Assembly (NCBI GenBank): GCA_049289395.1
Contig: JBATLQ010000045.1
Coordinates: 5,565-69,564 of the forward strand
Length of the DNA: 64,000 nucleotides
Direction: 5' to 3'
Source of the DNA: Candidatus Moraniibacteriota bacterium
Lineage (GTDB): Bacteria; Patescibacteriota; Minisyncoccia; Moranbacterales; UBA1568
Shown: positions 45,445 through 54,593 of the stretch, in pieces
How positions within the stretch are numbered: position 1 is the first letter of the stretch
Layout of the letters: every line of letters begins with the position of its first letter
The notes under the pieces: generated by a model
What the model saw: the letters and a program-made list of their open reading frames with translations, nothing else
Databases searched by the model: none
What the model was told of the DNA's origin: nothing
Made by a program: the position numbers and the translations under genes

Positions 45445-46875
45445 TCATGAGTAATAGAGTCGTTCTTTCAGGGTGTGGATTTCTTCTTTGAGTTTCGGAT
45501 CCTCTTCGGTACTCTTGTGGATTTTCTCGAAAGCGTGGAGTGCGGTAGTGTGATCCCTTCCTCCGAATACGGCGCCGATGCTCGAGAAGGATGTTTGGAG
45601 TTCACTTCGCATGAGGTACATCGCCATCTGTCTCGGGTGAGAAACCTCTTTCTTTCGCCCTTTTTTCACGAGGTTCACTCGTTCGATCTTGTAGTGTTCT
45701 TCGATCACCCTGAAAATATCATCCAAACTGAGATTTTTCTTGGTTTGGAGGATGAGCTCGGAAAGGATTTTCTCGGTGGCGGATGGTGATGGGGTGAGTT
45801 TATGAAATTCGCAGTAGGCGATGACCCTATTGAGAGCGCCTTCGAGCTCGCGGACATTCTGCGTGATGTTTTCAGCGATATAATGGATGGATTCTCGATC
45901 TATTTCGAATCCTTTTTCCCGCATTTTCGCCTCGAGGATGGCGATGCGTGTCTCATAATTCGGACGGCTGATATCGGTGATCATACCTCCTTTGAAACGC
46001 GAGCGGAGCCGGTCTTCGAGTGTGGCGATGGCGTGTGGCGGGCGGTCGCTCGAGATGACGATCTGCTTATTGAGCTGGTAGAGGGCGTTAAAGATATGGA
46101 AAAACTCGGATTGAGTCTTTTCTCTGCCAGAAAGGAATTGGACATCATCGATGATGAGGAGATCGATGCCTTGGTAATAGTTCTTGAATTGATCGACTTT
46201 TTGATTTTTTATGGAATCGACGAGCTCGGTCGTGAAGCGTTCCGAGGTGATATATTTTATCTTTTTCTCCGGATGGTGTTTGGTGAGCTCATTGCCGATA
46301 GATTGGAGGAGATGTGTTTTCCCGAGCCCGACGCCGCCATAGATGAAGAGGGGGTTGTACACCATTCCAGGGTTTTGGGAGACCGTGAAGCATGCCGCCC
46401 GAGCGAGCTCGTTATTTTCGGAGACGATGAAGTTCTCGAAGGTATATCGGTGGTTGAGATTGGAATGGTGAACTACTGGCGACCGATCCATGACGATAGG
46501 TGTTGGGTGTACAGCCGGTGGATAACCAGGGTGAATGTCGAAAGAGGGCTTATTCTGAGGGGCTTTAATGGCGTCAAAAGAACGAGGTGATACAGATGAA
46601 TCAGTCCCTCCTGGTATTGAGTGGGTCCCTATTTGCAGGACACACTGGATACTCTTGATATCCTCGTGGTGAATTTTTCGGAGAGACTTCAGGAGATAGA
46701 GGTTGTATTTATTCTCCAACCATTCTTTGGTAAATCCATTCGGAACGCCGACCGTTACTATCCCATCATCGATATTGAGGATGCGGGTGTCCTTGAACCA
46801 GGTAAGAAAATTCGCACGGGAAATAGAGAGTTCCATTTCCCCGAGCACGGCTTTCCAGAGGTCTTCGTGTGTCAT
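45445..46875 (-). CDS. dnaA: chromosomal replication initiator DnaA
   Basis: AAA+ motifs GGVGLGKTHLLQSIGNE, DLLIIDDVQFL, C-terminal DNA-binding domain; ATG at 46875 (MTHEDLWKAV). Confidence 0.9.
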   Translation of the reverse strand: MTHEDLWKAVLGEMELSISRANFLTWFKDTRILNIDDGIVTVGVPNGFTKEWLENKYNLYLLKSLRKIHHEDIKSIQCVLQIGTHSIPGGTDSSVSPRSFDAIKAPQNKPSFDIHPGYPPAVHPTPIVMDRSPVVHHSNLNHRYTFENFIVSENNELARAACFTVSQNPGMVYNPLFIYGGVGLGKTHLLQSIGNELTKHHPEKKIKYITSERFTTELVDSIKNQKVDQFKNYYQGIDLLIIDDVQFLSGREKTQSEFFHIFNALYQLNKQIVISSDRPPHAIATLEDRLRSRFKGGMITDISRPNYETRIAILEAKMREKGFEIDRESIHYIAENITQNVRELEGALNRVIAYCEFHKLTPSPSATEKILSELILQTKKNLSLDDIFRVIEEHYKIERVNLVKKGRKKEVSHPRQMAMYLMRSELQTSFSSIGAVFGGRDHTTALHAFEKIHKSTEEDPKLKEEIHTLKERLYYS

Positions 46876-47015
46876 AGGGAATACAAGGGAATGAAATATA
46901 GGTAAATATATCATGACGGCACAATTCTATCGAGTGGGGCGGTGCATATCCGGTGTATAAGTAGGGAGGATGCGTGTGTCTGCCCGCATTGCTACGCAAA
47001 GCGTTGCGGGCGGGA

Positions 47016-47044
47016 TTGACACATTCGGAGAAAAGGCGTATTCT
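47016..47044 (+). promoter_or_regulatory. sigma70-like promoter for rpmH TTGACA-17-TATTCT
   Basis: TTGACA 47016-47021, 17-nt spacer, TATTCT 47039-47044, ~28 nt upstream of rpmH ATG. Confidence 0.55.
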
Positions 47045-47072
47045 AGTCCTGTTACTCATTGACGGTATTTGT

Positions 47073-47213
47073 ATGGCTACCAAGAGAACCTATCAACCGA
47101 AAAAACTTCGCAGGGCACGACGGCATGGCTTTCTCGAGCGGATGTCGACTCCAGGAGGGCGGGCGGTTGTCGCCAAGCGACGGCGGGAAGGACGCAAGAA
47201 ACTGACCGTTTGA
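47073..47213 (+). CDS. rpmH: 50S ribosomal protein L34
   Basis: [46 protein letters not shown] near-canonical L34. Confidence 0.9.
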   Translation: MATKRTYQPKKLRRARRHGFLERMSTPGGRAVVAKRRREGRKKLTV

Positions 47214-47223
47214 CTCACAGGCT

Positions 47224-47556
47224 ATGGTGTCACCAGGATTCCGACTGCGAAAAAATGCTGATATAGAGAGGGTTTTTCGAAAGGGGAAACCCTTTTTTTC
47301 TGTTTTTCTGGGATGCCGGTTCGTCGCTACTCCAGGTGCTCCTCTCGCCGCTTTTTCGGTTTCGAAGAAGCAATTTCCCACCGCAGTGGAGCGAAATCGT
47401 CTGAAACGACGCCTCCGGGAGTCATTTCGGGCACATTTGAAATTAGGGCTTGTTTCAGCCGGTGAATATGTTTTTTTCTTCACGAAACAGGCGAAAAACC
47501 CCTCATGTCAAGAAATACGAGATGCGATGCGAGCCATTTTCGCGAAAATACGCTAA
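47224..47556 (+). CDS. rnpA: RNase P protein component
   Basis: 110 aa basic protein; RLRKNADIERVFRKGK motif; follows rpmH. Confidence 0.8.
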   Translation: MVSPGFRLRKNADIERVFRKGKPFFSVFLGCRFVATPGAPLAAFSVSKKQFPTAVERNRLKRRLRESFRAHLKLGLVSAGEYVFFFTKQAKNPSCQEIRDAMRAIFAKIR

Positions 47557-47586
47557 GATAGGGGAAGGATAATATAATTGTAAAAA

Positions 47587-48321
47587 ATGGGTATGGGTGA
47601 ACTCTTTCATGTGGTTGTTTCGCAACCAATTTATAATGCACTGGTCTTTTTTTACAATGTCATACCAGGGAGCGATTTCGGTCTCGCGGTGATAGCAACG
47701 ACTATCCTCCTTCGTATTTTATTCATTCCTCTGTACAAGAAGCAGTTGGAGTCCCAGCGGGAAATGCAGATACTCCAGCCGAAGATCAAGGAACTCCAGA
47801 AACAGTACAAGGGGGACAAGGCGAAATTGAATGAAATGCAGATGAAGCTCTACCAAGAGCATGGGGTGAACCCGCTCGGAGGGTGTCTCCCGATTATTGT
47901 GCAGGTTATTTTCCTCATCGCTATTTATCAAGTGATTATCGGTATCTCCAATGGAGGTTTCCTCGCGAATGGAGCAGATCTCTATCGATTTGTATCGAAT
48001 CCGGGAGAAATCGCGCATCATTTCTTCGGTATCGCTGATTTAGCGAAGCCGAGCTATCTTTTCGCCGCCCTCGCCGCCCTCGCGCAGTTCTATCAGGTGA
48101 AAATGATGCTCGATGCTCAGAAGACAGATCAGCCGGCGAAGAAAGTGGATGATTCGACGGAACCGGACTTCATGGCTATCATGAATAAGCAGATGCTCTT
48201 CATCGGTCCTGGCATGACACTCTTCATCGGGGCGACCTTCCCAGCAGCACTTTCCTTGTATTGGCTTGTTTCCACGGTATTTACGATTGTTCAACAGATA
48301 TTCATTTTTAAGAAGAAGTGA
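47587..48321 (+). CDS. yidC: membrane protein insertase YidC (short form)
   Basis: 244 aa, multi-TM; conserved position after rnpA. Confidence 0.75.
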   Translation: MGMGELFHVVVSQPIYNALVFFYNVIPGSDFGLAVIATTILLRILFIPLYKKQLESQREMQILQPKIKELQKQYKGDKAKLNEMQMKLYQEHGVNPLGGCLPIIVQVIFLIAIYQVIIGISNGGFLANGADLYRFVSNPGEIAHHFFGIADLAKPSYLFAALAALAQFYQVKMMLDAQKTDQPAKKVDDSTEPDFMAIMNKQMLFIGPGMTLFIGATFPAALSLYWLVSTVFTIVQQIFIFKKK

Positions 48322-48325
48322 TGGT

Positions 48326-48787
48326 ATGGATACACTACTCATAGTTCAGGAAGAATCAGAAAACCTCCTCCAAAAAATGGGGTTTCCGGCCGAAGTGGTC
48401 GCCACGAGTATGGGCGAACGGAGCTATTCCATTCGCATTACGGTGAGTGACGGGTCCAAGCTCCTCATCGGTTCGCACGGAGTCGCGCTCTCTGCTCTCC
48501 AGTATGTCATGCGATCGATATTGACGAGGAAATTGCAGGAGCGAATCGATGTGCTCGTCGATGTGAATGGATATTGGGAAGAAAAGAGGCCACTCCTCGA
48601 ACGGGAAGCCTTGGCAGCAGAAGAAGAGGTACTCCGGACGGGACATCCTGCAATTCTTCGTCCGATGCTTCCATACGAGCGGAAGGTCATCCATACATTC
48701 CTCGTCGCGCGGAATAAGGTCACCACTGAAAGCTCTGGTCATGGTGAAGACCGGAAAGTCATCATCAAGGCACTTTCCGATATGTGA
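48326..48787 (+). CDS. Jag/KhpB-like RNA-binding protein (KH/R3H)
   Basis: ~153 aa; R3H-like ERKVIHTFLVARNKVTTESSGHGEDRKVIIK; follows yidC. Confidence 0.7.
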   Translation: MDTLLIVQEESENLLQKMGFPAEVVATSMGERSYSIRITVSDGSKLLIGSHGVALSALQYVMRSILTRKLQERIDVLVDVNGYWEEKRPLLEREALAAEEEVLRTGHPAILRPMLPYERKVIHTFLVARNKVTTESSGHGEDRKVIIKALSDM

Positions 48788-48788
48788 G

Positions 48789-48925
48789 GGAAAACACAAA
48801 AATGAAAAACACAGAAACCAAACAAAGCACAATTCTCAAAGCACAAGCAGGAACAAACTTGTGTTTTGGCTTTTGGTTATCGTGCTTTGTTTGGATTTTG
48901 TGATTTGAGTTTTGTGCTTTTTTCT
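48789..48925. repeat. CA/GT-rich palindromic ~135-bp intergenic repeat, copy X
   Basis: shares gaaaacacaaa, ccaaacaaagcacaa and gtgctttgtttgg...tttgtgatttgag...ttgtgc with 56995-57128 (opposite orientation); internal arms CCAAACAAAGCAC/GTGCTTTGTTTGG. Confidence 0.65.
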
Positions 48926-50269
48926 ATGGCTCTCGCCCGTAAAATTGCCTACAATGTGGTAATCGTTTCTGTCCTGAAGGTGGCATCGACCGTGCTTCTC
49001 TCGCTTTTTTCGATTAAACTCATTACCGGTTACTTGGGACAGGAGGGCTTCGGTCAGTATGCGACCGTGCTCGCCTTTTTCGCTTTCTTTTCGGCGATTG
49101 CGGATCTCGGCATCGGTATGATCACCGTGCGGGAGATTTCTCGTCCACAGGCGGATGAAAAGCGCATTTTGGGAAATGTGCTTTCCCTTCGCCTTTTGTC
49201 ATCTGGGGGTATTTTTCTTTTGTCGCCATTCCTTATTTTTTTCTTCGGGTACCCGGCGGAGCTGAAGGAGGGCATTCTCATCGCCGCGTTCGCGATTATT
49301 TTCTCGACGATGTCCCTCGTCCTCAATGGTATTTTCCAAAAGCGGGTGGCGATGCAGGAGGTCGCGATGATCGAGTTTATCGGCAAGATTCTCCAGGTAG
49401 CATTCATCGCATTCGCCGTCGCGAAGGACTGGGGATTCCTCTCTATCGTTTCGGCCATCCTCGTTTCCATGAGCTTCAATGCAGTGAGTGTGTTCCTGAT
49501 GAGCCGTCGTCATATCCGGTTTCCACTGCGTTTCGAACGGGCATATTGGAAAGAGTTTCTCCGGGAATCGTATCCTTTGGGGGTGACGGCCATCATCACT
49601 TTCCTGTATTTCAAATTCGATACCATTATTCTTTCGGTACTGCGCCCCGCCACGGATGTGGGTATTTACAATGTCGCGTACAAGATCATGGAGAATCTTA
49701 TTTTCTTTCCGGCGATGCTCGCGGGGCTCATCATCCCCCTCCTTTCCAAGCACCTCCTCTCCAACCGGAAGAAATTCGATATGATTGCCTCGAAAACATT
49801 CAAAGTATTTCTCATTATCGTCCTGCCGATTGCGGTCGGGACGCTCTTTCTCGCCGAGGATATCATCCTCATCGTGAGTGGACCCTCATTTCTCGCTTCA
49901 GCGGAGGTACTCCGCGTGCTCGTCGTTTCCCTTTTCTTCATTTTCTTCGGACACTTTTTCAATATGATACTGCTCGTTTCCAATGCGCAGAAAAAGCTCA
50001 TGTGGACGCTCTCATTCGCCGCTCTGTTCAATATTGCCCTTAATCTCTTTCTCATCCCGCGATTTTCGTATATGGGAGCGGCTTTCGCATCGGCTTCGAC
50101 GGAGGCATTCGTCGTCCTCACGGCATCTTTCATCGCATTCCGTCACATCGGGTATCGACCGTCATTTCAGGGGGTTCCTCCCCTTATCATTGCCAGTTTC
50201 GGTATGGCAATTTTTCTCTTCCTTCTTCATGGGAAACCCCCTTTCTTCTCCTCGGTCTTGGCGCGGTGA
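48926..50269 (+). CDS. polysaccharide/lipid-linked oligosaccharide flippase (MOP superfamily, Wzx/MurJ-like)
   Basis: ~447 aa multi-TM; start moved to MALARKIAYN because upstream part lies in repeat X. Confidence 0.6.
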   Translation: MALARKIAYNVVIVSVLKVASTVLLSLFSIKLITGYLGQEGFGQYATVLAFFAFFSAIADLGIGMITVREISRPQADEKRILGNVLSLRLLSSGGIFLLSPFLIFFFGYPAELKEGILIAAFAIIFSTMSLVLNGIFQKRVAMQEVAMIEFIGKILQVAFIAFAVAKDWGFLSIVSAILVSMSFNAVSVFLMSRRHIRFPLRFERAYWKEFLRESYPLGVTAIITFLYFKFDTIILSVLRPATDVGIYNVAYKIMENLIFFPAMLAGLIIPLLSKHLLSNRKKFDMIASKTFKVFLIIVLPIAVGTLFLAEDIILIVSGPSFLASAEVLRVLVVSLFFIFFGHFFNMILLVSNAQKKLMWTLSFAALFNIALNLFLIPRFSYMGAAFASASTEAFVVLTASFIAFRHIGYRPSFQGVPPLIIASFGMAIFLFLLHGKPPFFSSVLAR

Positions 50270-50396
50270 TTCTCTATGGTGTGCTCTTGTGGCTCTGTAA
50301 TGGGGTGACGAAGGAAGAGATGGACATCATTCTCTCTGGACGCAGGCTCGCCCGCGAGTCTCAATCGGCTGAGCACACCGAGACCATTGTTTAGTA

Positions 50397-51275
50397 ATGG
50401 AGCTCATCATGGATACCGCTCCCCTCGTGGCAATTATTGTCCTCAATTACAACGGGAAAGACTGTCTTTCGCATGCTTTAGGGTCGCTTCAAAGGCTTGA
50501 TTATGTGGCGAAGAAAATAATTGTCGTCGATAATAATTCGCGGGATGGATCCTTCGAAACCGCAAAAATTACTTTTCCTCACGGTGTTTTTTTGAAAAAT
50601 ACGGCGAATGTGGGTTTCGCGGCGGGTATGAATGTCGGTATCCGGGAGGCATTCCGACTCGGCGCGAAATATATCTGGCTGTTCAATAACGATGCATCTG
50701 CCGATGCCTCGACGCTGACTTGGCTCGTGCGTTTTTGTGAAAGCCGAGGAGATGTGGGTGCGGTGAGTCCAGTGATTACTGATGCATTGGGGAATACTTG
50801 GTTTGCGGTCGGGGAAATATCGTACCTCCGTATGCGGGCGTATCATGATACGAAAGTAAGGGGTTCGCGCCCATATCAGAGCGAATATTTGTCGGGGTGT
50901 GCACTCTTTCTCCCTTCGGCCGTGCTTCGGGAGGGAGGGCTTTTAGATGAGCGGTATTTCCTCTATTATGAAGACGCGGATCTCTCTCTGCGGATACGGA
51001 AATCCGGGAAGAAATTGTTCGTCCTTCCGACAGCTCGGGTAGCGCACGGAGAGCAGAGCGAGAAGAAGTCTTCGGAGAAGATCTATTACTTGGTTTTGTC
51101 GGGACTGCTCTTCTTTCGCGAGCATACGCCCCTCCACCTGCGTCCATTTGTATGGGCATTCTCTCGGTTGCGCCGATTCAAAAATTTTCTGGATGTTGTA
51201 TTGAAACGGGAGAAGGCTGATATGGTCGCCCGTGCGTATAAAGAATATGATCGAACACAACATACGGATTCCTAG
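50397..51275 (+). CDS. family-2 glycosyltransferase
   Basis: VAIIVLNYNGKDCL and DNNSRDGS motifs typical of GT2. Confidence 0.7.
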   Translation: MELIMDTAPLVAIIVLNYNGKDCLSHALGSLQRLDYVAKKIIVVDNNSRDGSFETAKITFPHGVFLKNTANVGFAAGMNVGIREAFRLGAKYIWLFNNDASADASTLTWLVRFCESRGDVGAVSPVITDALGNTWFAVGEISYLRMRAYHDTKVRGSRPYQSEYLSGCALFLPSAVLREGGLLDERYFLYYEDADLSLRIRKSGKKLFVLPTARVAHGEQSEKKSSEKIYYLVLSGLLFFREHTPLHLRPFVWAFSRLRRFKNFLDVVLKREKADMVARAYKEYDRTQHTDS

Positions 51276-52035
51276 GCTCTCTCTCGTCTTCGTGAATTAT
51301 CGGAGTATTTTTCATCTCTCCCAATCACTTCGATCACTCGAAAAAGAGCCATCTTCTCAACAGGAGAGAGAGATCATCGTCGTGAATCAGGATGTATCAG
51401 AGCGAAAGGCGATGGAGATGTTCGCAAAACAGCGGGGGTTTCGATTGATTCACCGAGAGAATCTCGGCTTTGCTTCGGGTGCCAATGCGGGGGCGGCTGT
51501 AGCTACCGGAGCGTATCTCGCCTTCCTCAATCCAGATACATACTACTCTTCGGGAAGTTTCGAAGAGATACTGCAGATATTTGAAGTGGATGATCATGTG
51601 GGACTTGTCGGCGCGACACTCTGCGATGCGGATGGTCATCCAGAGAAATGGAGCAAAGGGCGTTTTCTTACGCTCTCACGGCTCGTGATGAATAATATAA
51701 TTCCGGAGGCCTTTTTTCCGAAGAGAGGAATTGATTGGGTGAGTGGAGGAGCCCTCTTTATACGGAAGAGTTTGTTTCACTCCTTATGTGGTTTCAGTGA
51801 AGACTTCTTCCTCTACTTCGAGGATATGGATTTCTGCGCTCGGGTGAGGCAGGCGGGGTATTCGGTTCAGTCCAGTCAATCCTTGCAATTTACACATGCC
51901 GGAGGGAAGAGTTGTGCATCGAAATCCATACGAAAGAAGCATTTTTTCGATTCCCAAAGGAGATATTTCAGGAAACATCGACCTTTTTGGGAGCAGAGGG
52001 TGCACTTTTTCTTGCAGGGAATAAAAATATGGTAG
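51247..52035 (+). CDS. family-2 glycosyltransferase
   Basis: SLVFVNYRS...VVNQDVSE and DxD-like motifs; overlaps previous gene. Confidence 0.6.
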   Translation: MIEHNIRIPRLSLVFVNYRSIFHLSQSLRSLEKEPSSQQEREIIVVNQDVSERKAMEMFAKQRGFRLIHRENLGFASGANAGAAVATGAYLAFLNPDTYYSSGSFEEILQIFEVDDHVGLVGATLCDADGHPEKWSKGRFLTLSRLVMNNIIPEAFFPKRGIDWVSGGALFIRKSLFHSLCGFSEDFFLYFEDMDFCARVRQAGYSVQSSQSLQFTHAGGKSCASKSIRKKHFFDSQRRYFRKHRPFWEQRVHFFLQGIKIW

Positions 52036-53330
52036 AACGGTCAGATTTCATACAAAGATTAGTATTCCTCTTTTTTCTCATCCTCCCGTTTCAGTTCGCG
52101 CTGAATCCATCGGAGGGTTTTGATGTGGCACTTTCTCGGGTCGCCGTACTGGTGATAGGCGGGCTATTCCTCCTGGAGCGATTGCGGGATGGTTCATGGA
52201 TGCTCCCCGCGAGGAGAGATCTTTTTTTCTGCATGGGATTCATTTTCCTTGCCATACTCTCCCTTTTGTGGGCGCGGGAACCTCTCTGGACACTTCGCAA
52301 GGTATTTTTTTTGATTTCCTTTCTCCCACTCTGGTTTCTTCTCTCGGATATGTTTGTACGGAGAGGAGTGGTCGCGGTGAGGGATATTGCCTCTGGATTT
52401 TTCTTCGGTTCAGTTGCTGGGGCGGTCGTCGCGCTCTTGCAATTTTCCTCCCAATTCGTTTTTTCTCTGGATCGCGTGCTCGATTTTTGGTTGAGCAGAA
52501 TGTACCCTATTTTCCTCGGAGAGACATTTGCACAATCAGTTGCCATACATCCTAGTCTCCTCGTAAATATCGCCGGGAAAACGATTTTACGAGCCGTAGG
52601 GGTCTTCCCAGACCCGCATGTGGCGGCATTTTATTTCGGGATGGCGATACCATTCGGCGTGTGGCTTGGCATGACCGCTGTACCAACGAAAAGAACCATT
52701 TTCTTTCTCGGAACGGGCATTCTTTTTCTCGCTGACCTCTGCACTTTTTCTCGTGGCGGGTATGTCGGACTCTTCGTGATGCTCATTTTTTTCGGAGCGT
52801 TTTCCTTCTCTCATATGCGGGAACGGATATCATTTCGACAGAAGAAAAAAATCGCATTGGTGATGATGGTAATCCTCCTATTCTCTCTTCTTATCGCCCC
52901 GGTACGAAATCGTTTGATGGATACACTTTCTGTGACAGAAGGTTCCAACAGCGCGAGAATCGCCCTCTGGGGAGAAGCAATCTCCCATATCAAAGAGCGG
53001 CCACTTCTCGGATACGGTCTCGGGAATTACCCCCTGCAGGTGAAGCCGAGTACCGAGTATCGCGAGCCGATTTATATTCACAATATCTATTTGGATATAT
53101 GGGCGGACCTCGGGCTTATCGGACTCATTTTCTTCCTCGGTATGTTCCTCCTCCCGGTCGCCGTATTCTTTGTTCGTGGGAGCTTTTCGAGCATTGCTTT
53201 CCCTGCCGTGCTCGCGCTCGTTCTCTTCCTCGCGCACTCTTTTTTCGAGGATATCCTTTTTTCCGTGCATATTTTCCCGGTGCTCCTGTTCCTCATCGTG
53301 ACGATCTCATGGTATAACAAGGAACAATGA
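52029..53330 (+). CDS. O-antigen ligase/polymerase-like (Wzy_C) membrane protein
   Basis: ~433 aa, 10+ TM helices with large periplasmic loop; IHNIYLDIWADLGLIG motif. Confidence 0.55.
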   Translation: MVERSDFIQRLVFLFFLILPFQFALNPSEGFDVALSRVAVLVIGGLFLLERLRDGSWMLPARRDLFFCMGFIFLAILSLLWAREPLWTLRKVFFLISFLPLWFLLSDMFVRRGVVAVRDIASGFFFGSVAGAVVALLQFSSQFVFSLDRVLDFWLSRMYPIFLGETFAQSVAIHPSLLVNIAGKTILRAVGVFPDPHVAAFYFGMAIPFGVWLGMTAVPTKRTIFFLGTGILFLADLCTFSRGGYVGLFVMLIFFGAFSFSHMRERISFRQKKKIALVMMVILLFSLLIAPVRNRLMDTLSVTEGSNSARIALWGEAISHIKERPLLGYGLGNYPLQVKPSTEYREPIYIHNIYLDIWADLGLIGLIFFLGMFLLPVAVFFVRGSFSSIAFPAVLALVLFLAHSFFEDILFSVHIFPVLLFLIVTISWYNKEQ

Positions 53331-54593
53331 ATGGCGTGTATGAAACAAGATTTTATTGAGAAAATTTTTATAGGGTCACTGCTTGCTGTACCACTGCTCG
53401 TTATTTTCGCCACAGAAAAAGTGGTGCTCTTTGGCATACCACTCTATGCGCCAGAGGTGTTCACCATTTTCGCGCTTGGGAGTCTCCTCATGAGAGAGCG
53501 GAGTGTCTGCTTCATTCATCCCCGCATGGGCATTCTTTTTCTCGCTCTCTTCCTCATCGCCGTCGGTCTTGGCATCGGGGCGCTCTCGAATGACACGACT
53601 CTGCATGGATATGGTCGTATGAAGAGCTGGTTTGTCTTCCCACTCCTCTATGGAAGCATGCTCGCGTTTTCTTTGAGGAGAAACATGCTTTCCAGAGAGG
53701 ATATTTTTCGTTCAGTATTTTTTGGCGGGATATTGGTGGGTATGGCTACTTTCGTGAGTATCTTTTCGGGTGGAGGATTTTCGTATGATCACCGGTTACA
53801 TGGATTTTTCTCTTCCCCGAATCAGCTTGCCCTCCTCCTCGGAACAGCGCTTATCATAGGTGTTTTCCTCGCGATTTCTCTCTGGGGAAAGCCAGGGAAA
53901 GAACGACTCACCATTCTTTTTGGGGTATTGTTCCTCGGAATGCTTCTCCTTCTCACGCAATCGTATACAGTTCTTTTTTCTTTGATGATGGTCGCCGGCA
54001 TTGGAATCGCGAGGTATCGACATCGTTTTTCGCGGAGACAAGTCGTGATTTTTTCCCTCGGATCCATTCTGTGTGTCGGGATACTCCTCACCTTGAGTTA
54101 TCCGAAATGGCAGAGCATCATAACTTCCGATGAACGATCTTCGATCGCATCACGAGGTATGATCTGGCAGTCGGCACTTCAAATGATCAGGGAGCATCCG
54201 TTGATTGGCATTGGACCGGGAAATTTTCAGAGGGAATATATCGCATATCAACAGTATTTCCCGCCCTATCTCGAGTGGTCGGCGCCACATCCACATAATG
54301 CATTTCTCGATCTGTGGTTGGAAGGTGGATTGTTCGCTGTCATCGGGTTCGCCCTCTTCTTTTGGCACTGGCTAGCGTCCTCGGCGCGGGATTTCTTTGC
54401 TAAAAAAAAGGAGGATGCTGTTCGTGCACTCCCCTTCTTCCTCGGAATATATTTTTTTCTGACGGGGCTCACGGATGTCTCATTCCTCGGGAATGATCTC
54501 GCCTATTTTTTTACCACTGCTTTCGTTTTGAGCCTTTTCTTGATGCGGGAGTCTACAGATGTATCTGATAGGCTTTCCCATCACGGCGATTGA
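53331..54593 (+). CDS. O-antigen ligase/polymerase-like (Wzy_C) membrane protein, paralog
   Basis: 420 aa multi-TM; HPHNAFLDLWLEGGLFA motif parallel to previous gene. Confidence 0.55.
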   Translation: MACMKQDFIEKIFIGSLLAVPLLVIFATEKVVLFGIPLYAPEVFTIFALGSLLMRERSVCFIHPRMGILFLALFLIAVGLGIGALSNDTTLHGYGRMKSWFVFPLLYGSMLAFSLRRNMLSREDIFRSVFFGGILVGMATFVSIFSGGGFSYDHRLHGFFSSPNQLALLLGTALIIGVFLAISLWGKPGKERLTILFGVLFLGMLLLLTQSYTVLFSLMMVAGIGIARYRHRFSRRQVVIFSLGSILCVGILLTLSYPKWQSIITSDERSSIASRGMIWQSALQMIREHPLIGIGPGNFQREYIAYQQYFPPYLEWSAPHPHNAFLDLWLEGGLFAVIGFALFFWHWLASSARDFFAKKKEDAVRALPFFLGIYFFLTGLTDVSFLGNDLAYFFTTAFVLSLFLMRESTDVSDRLSHHGD

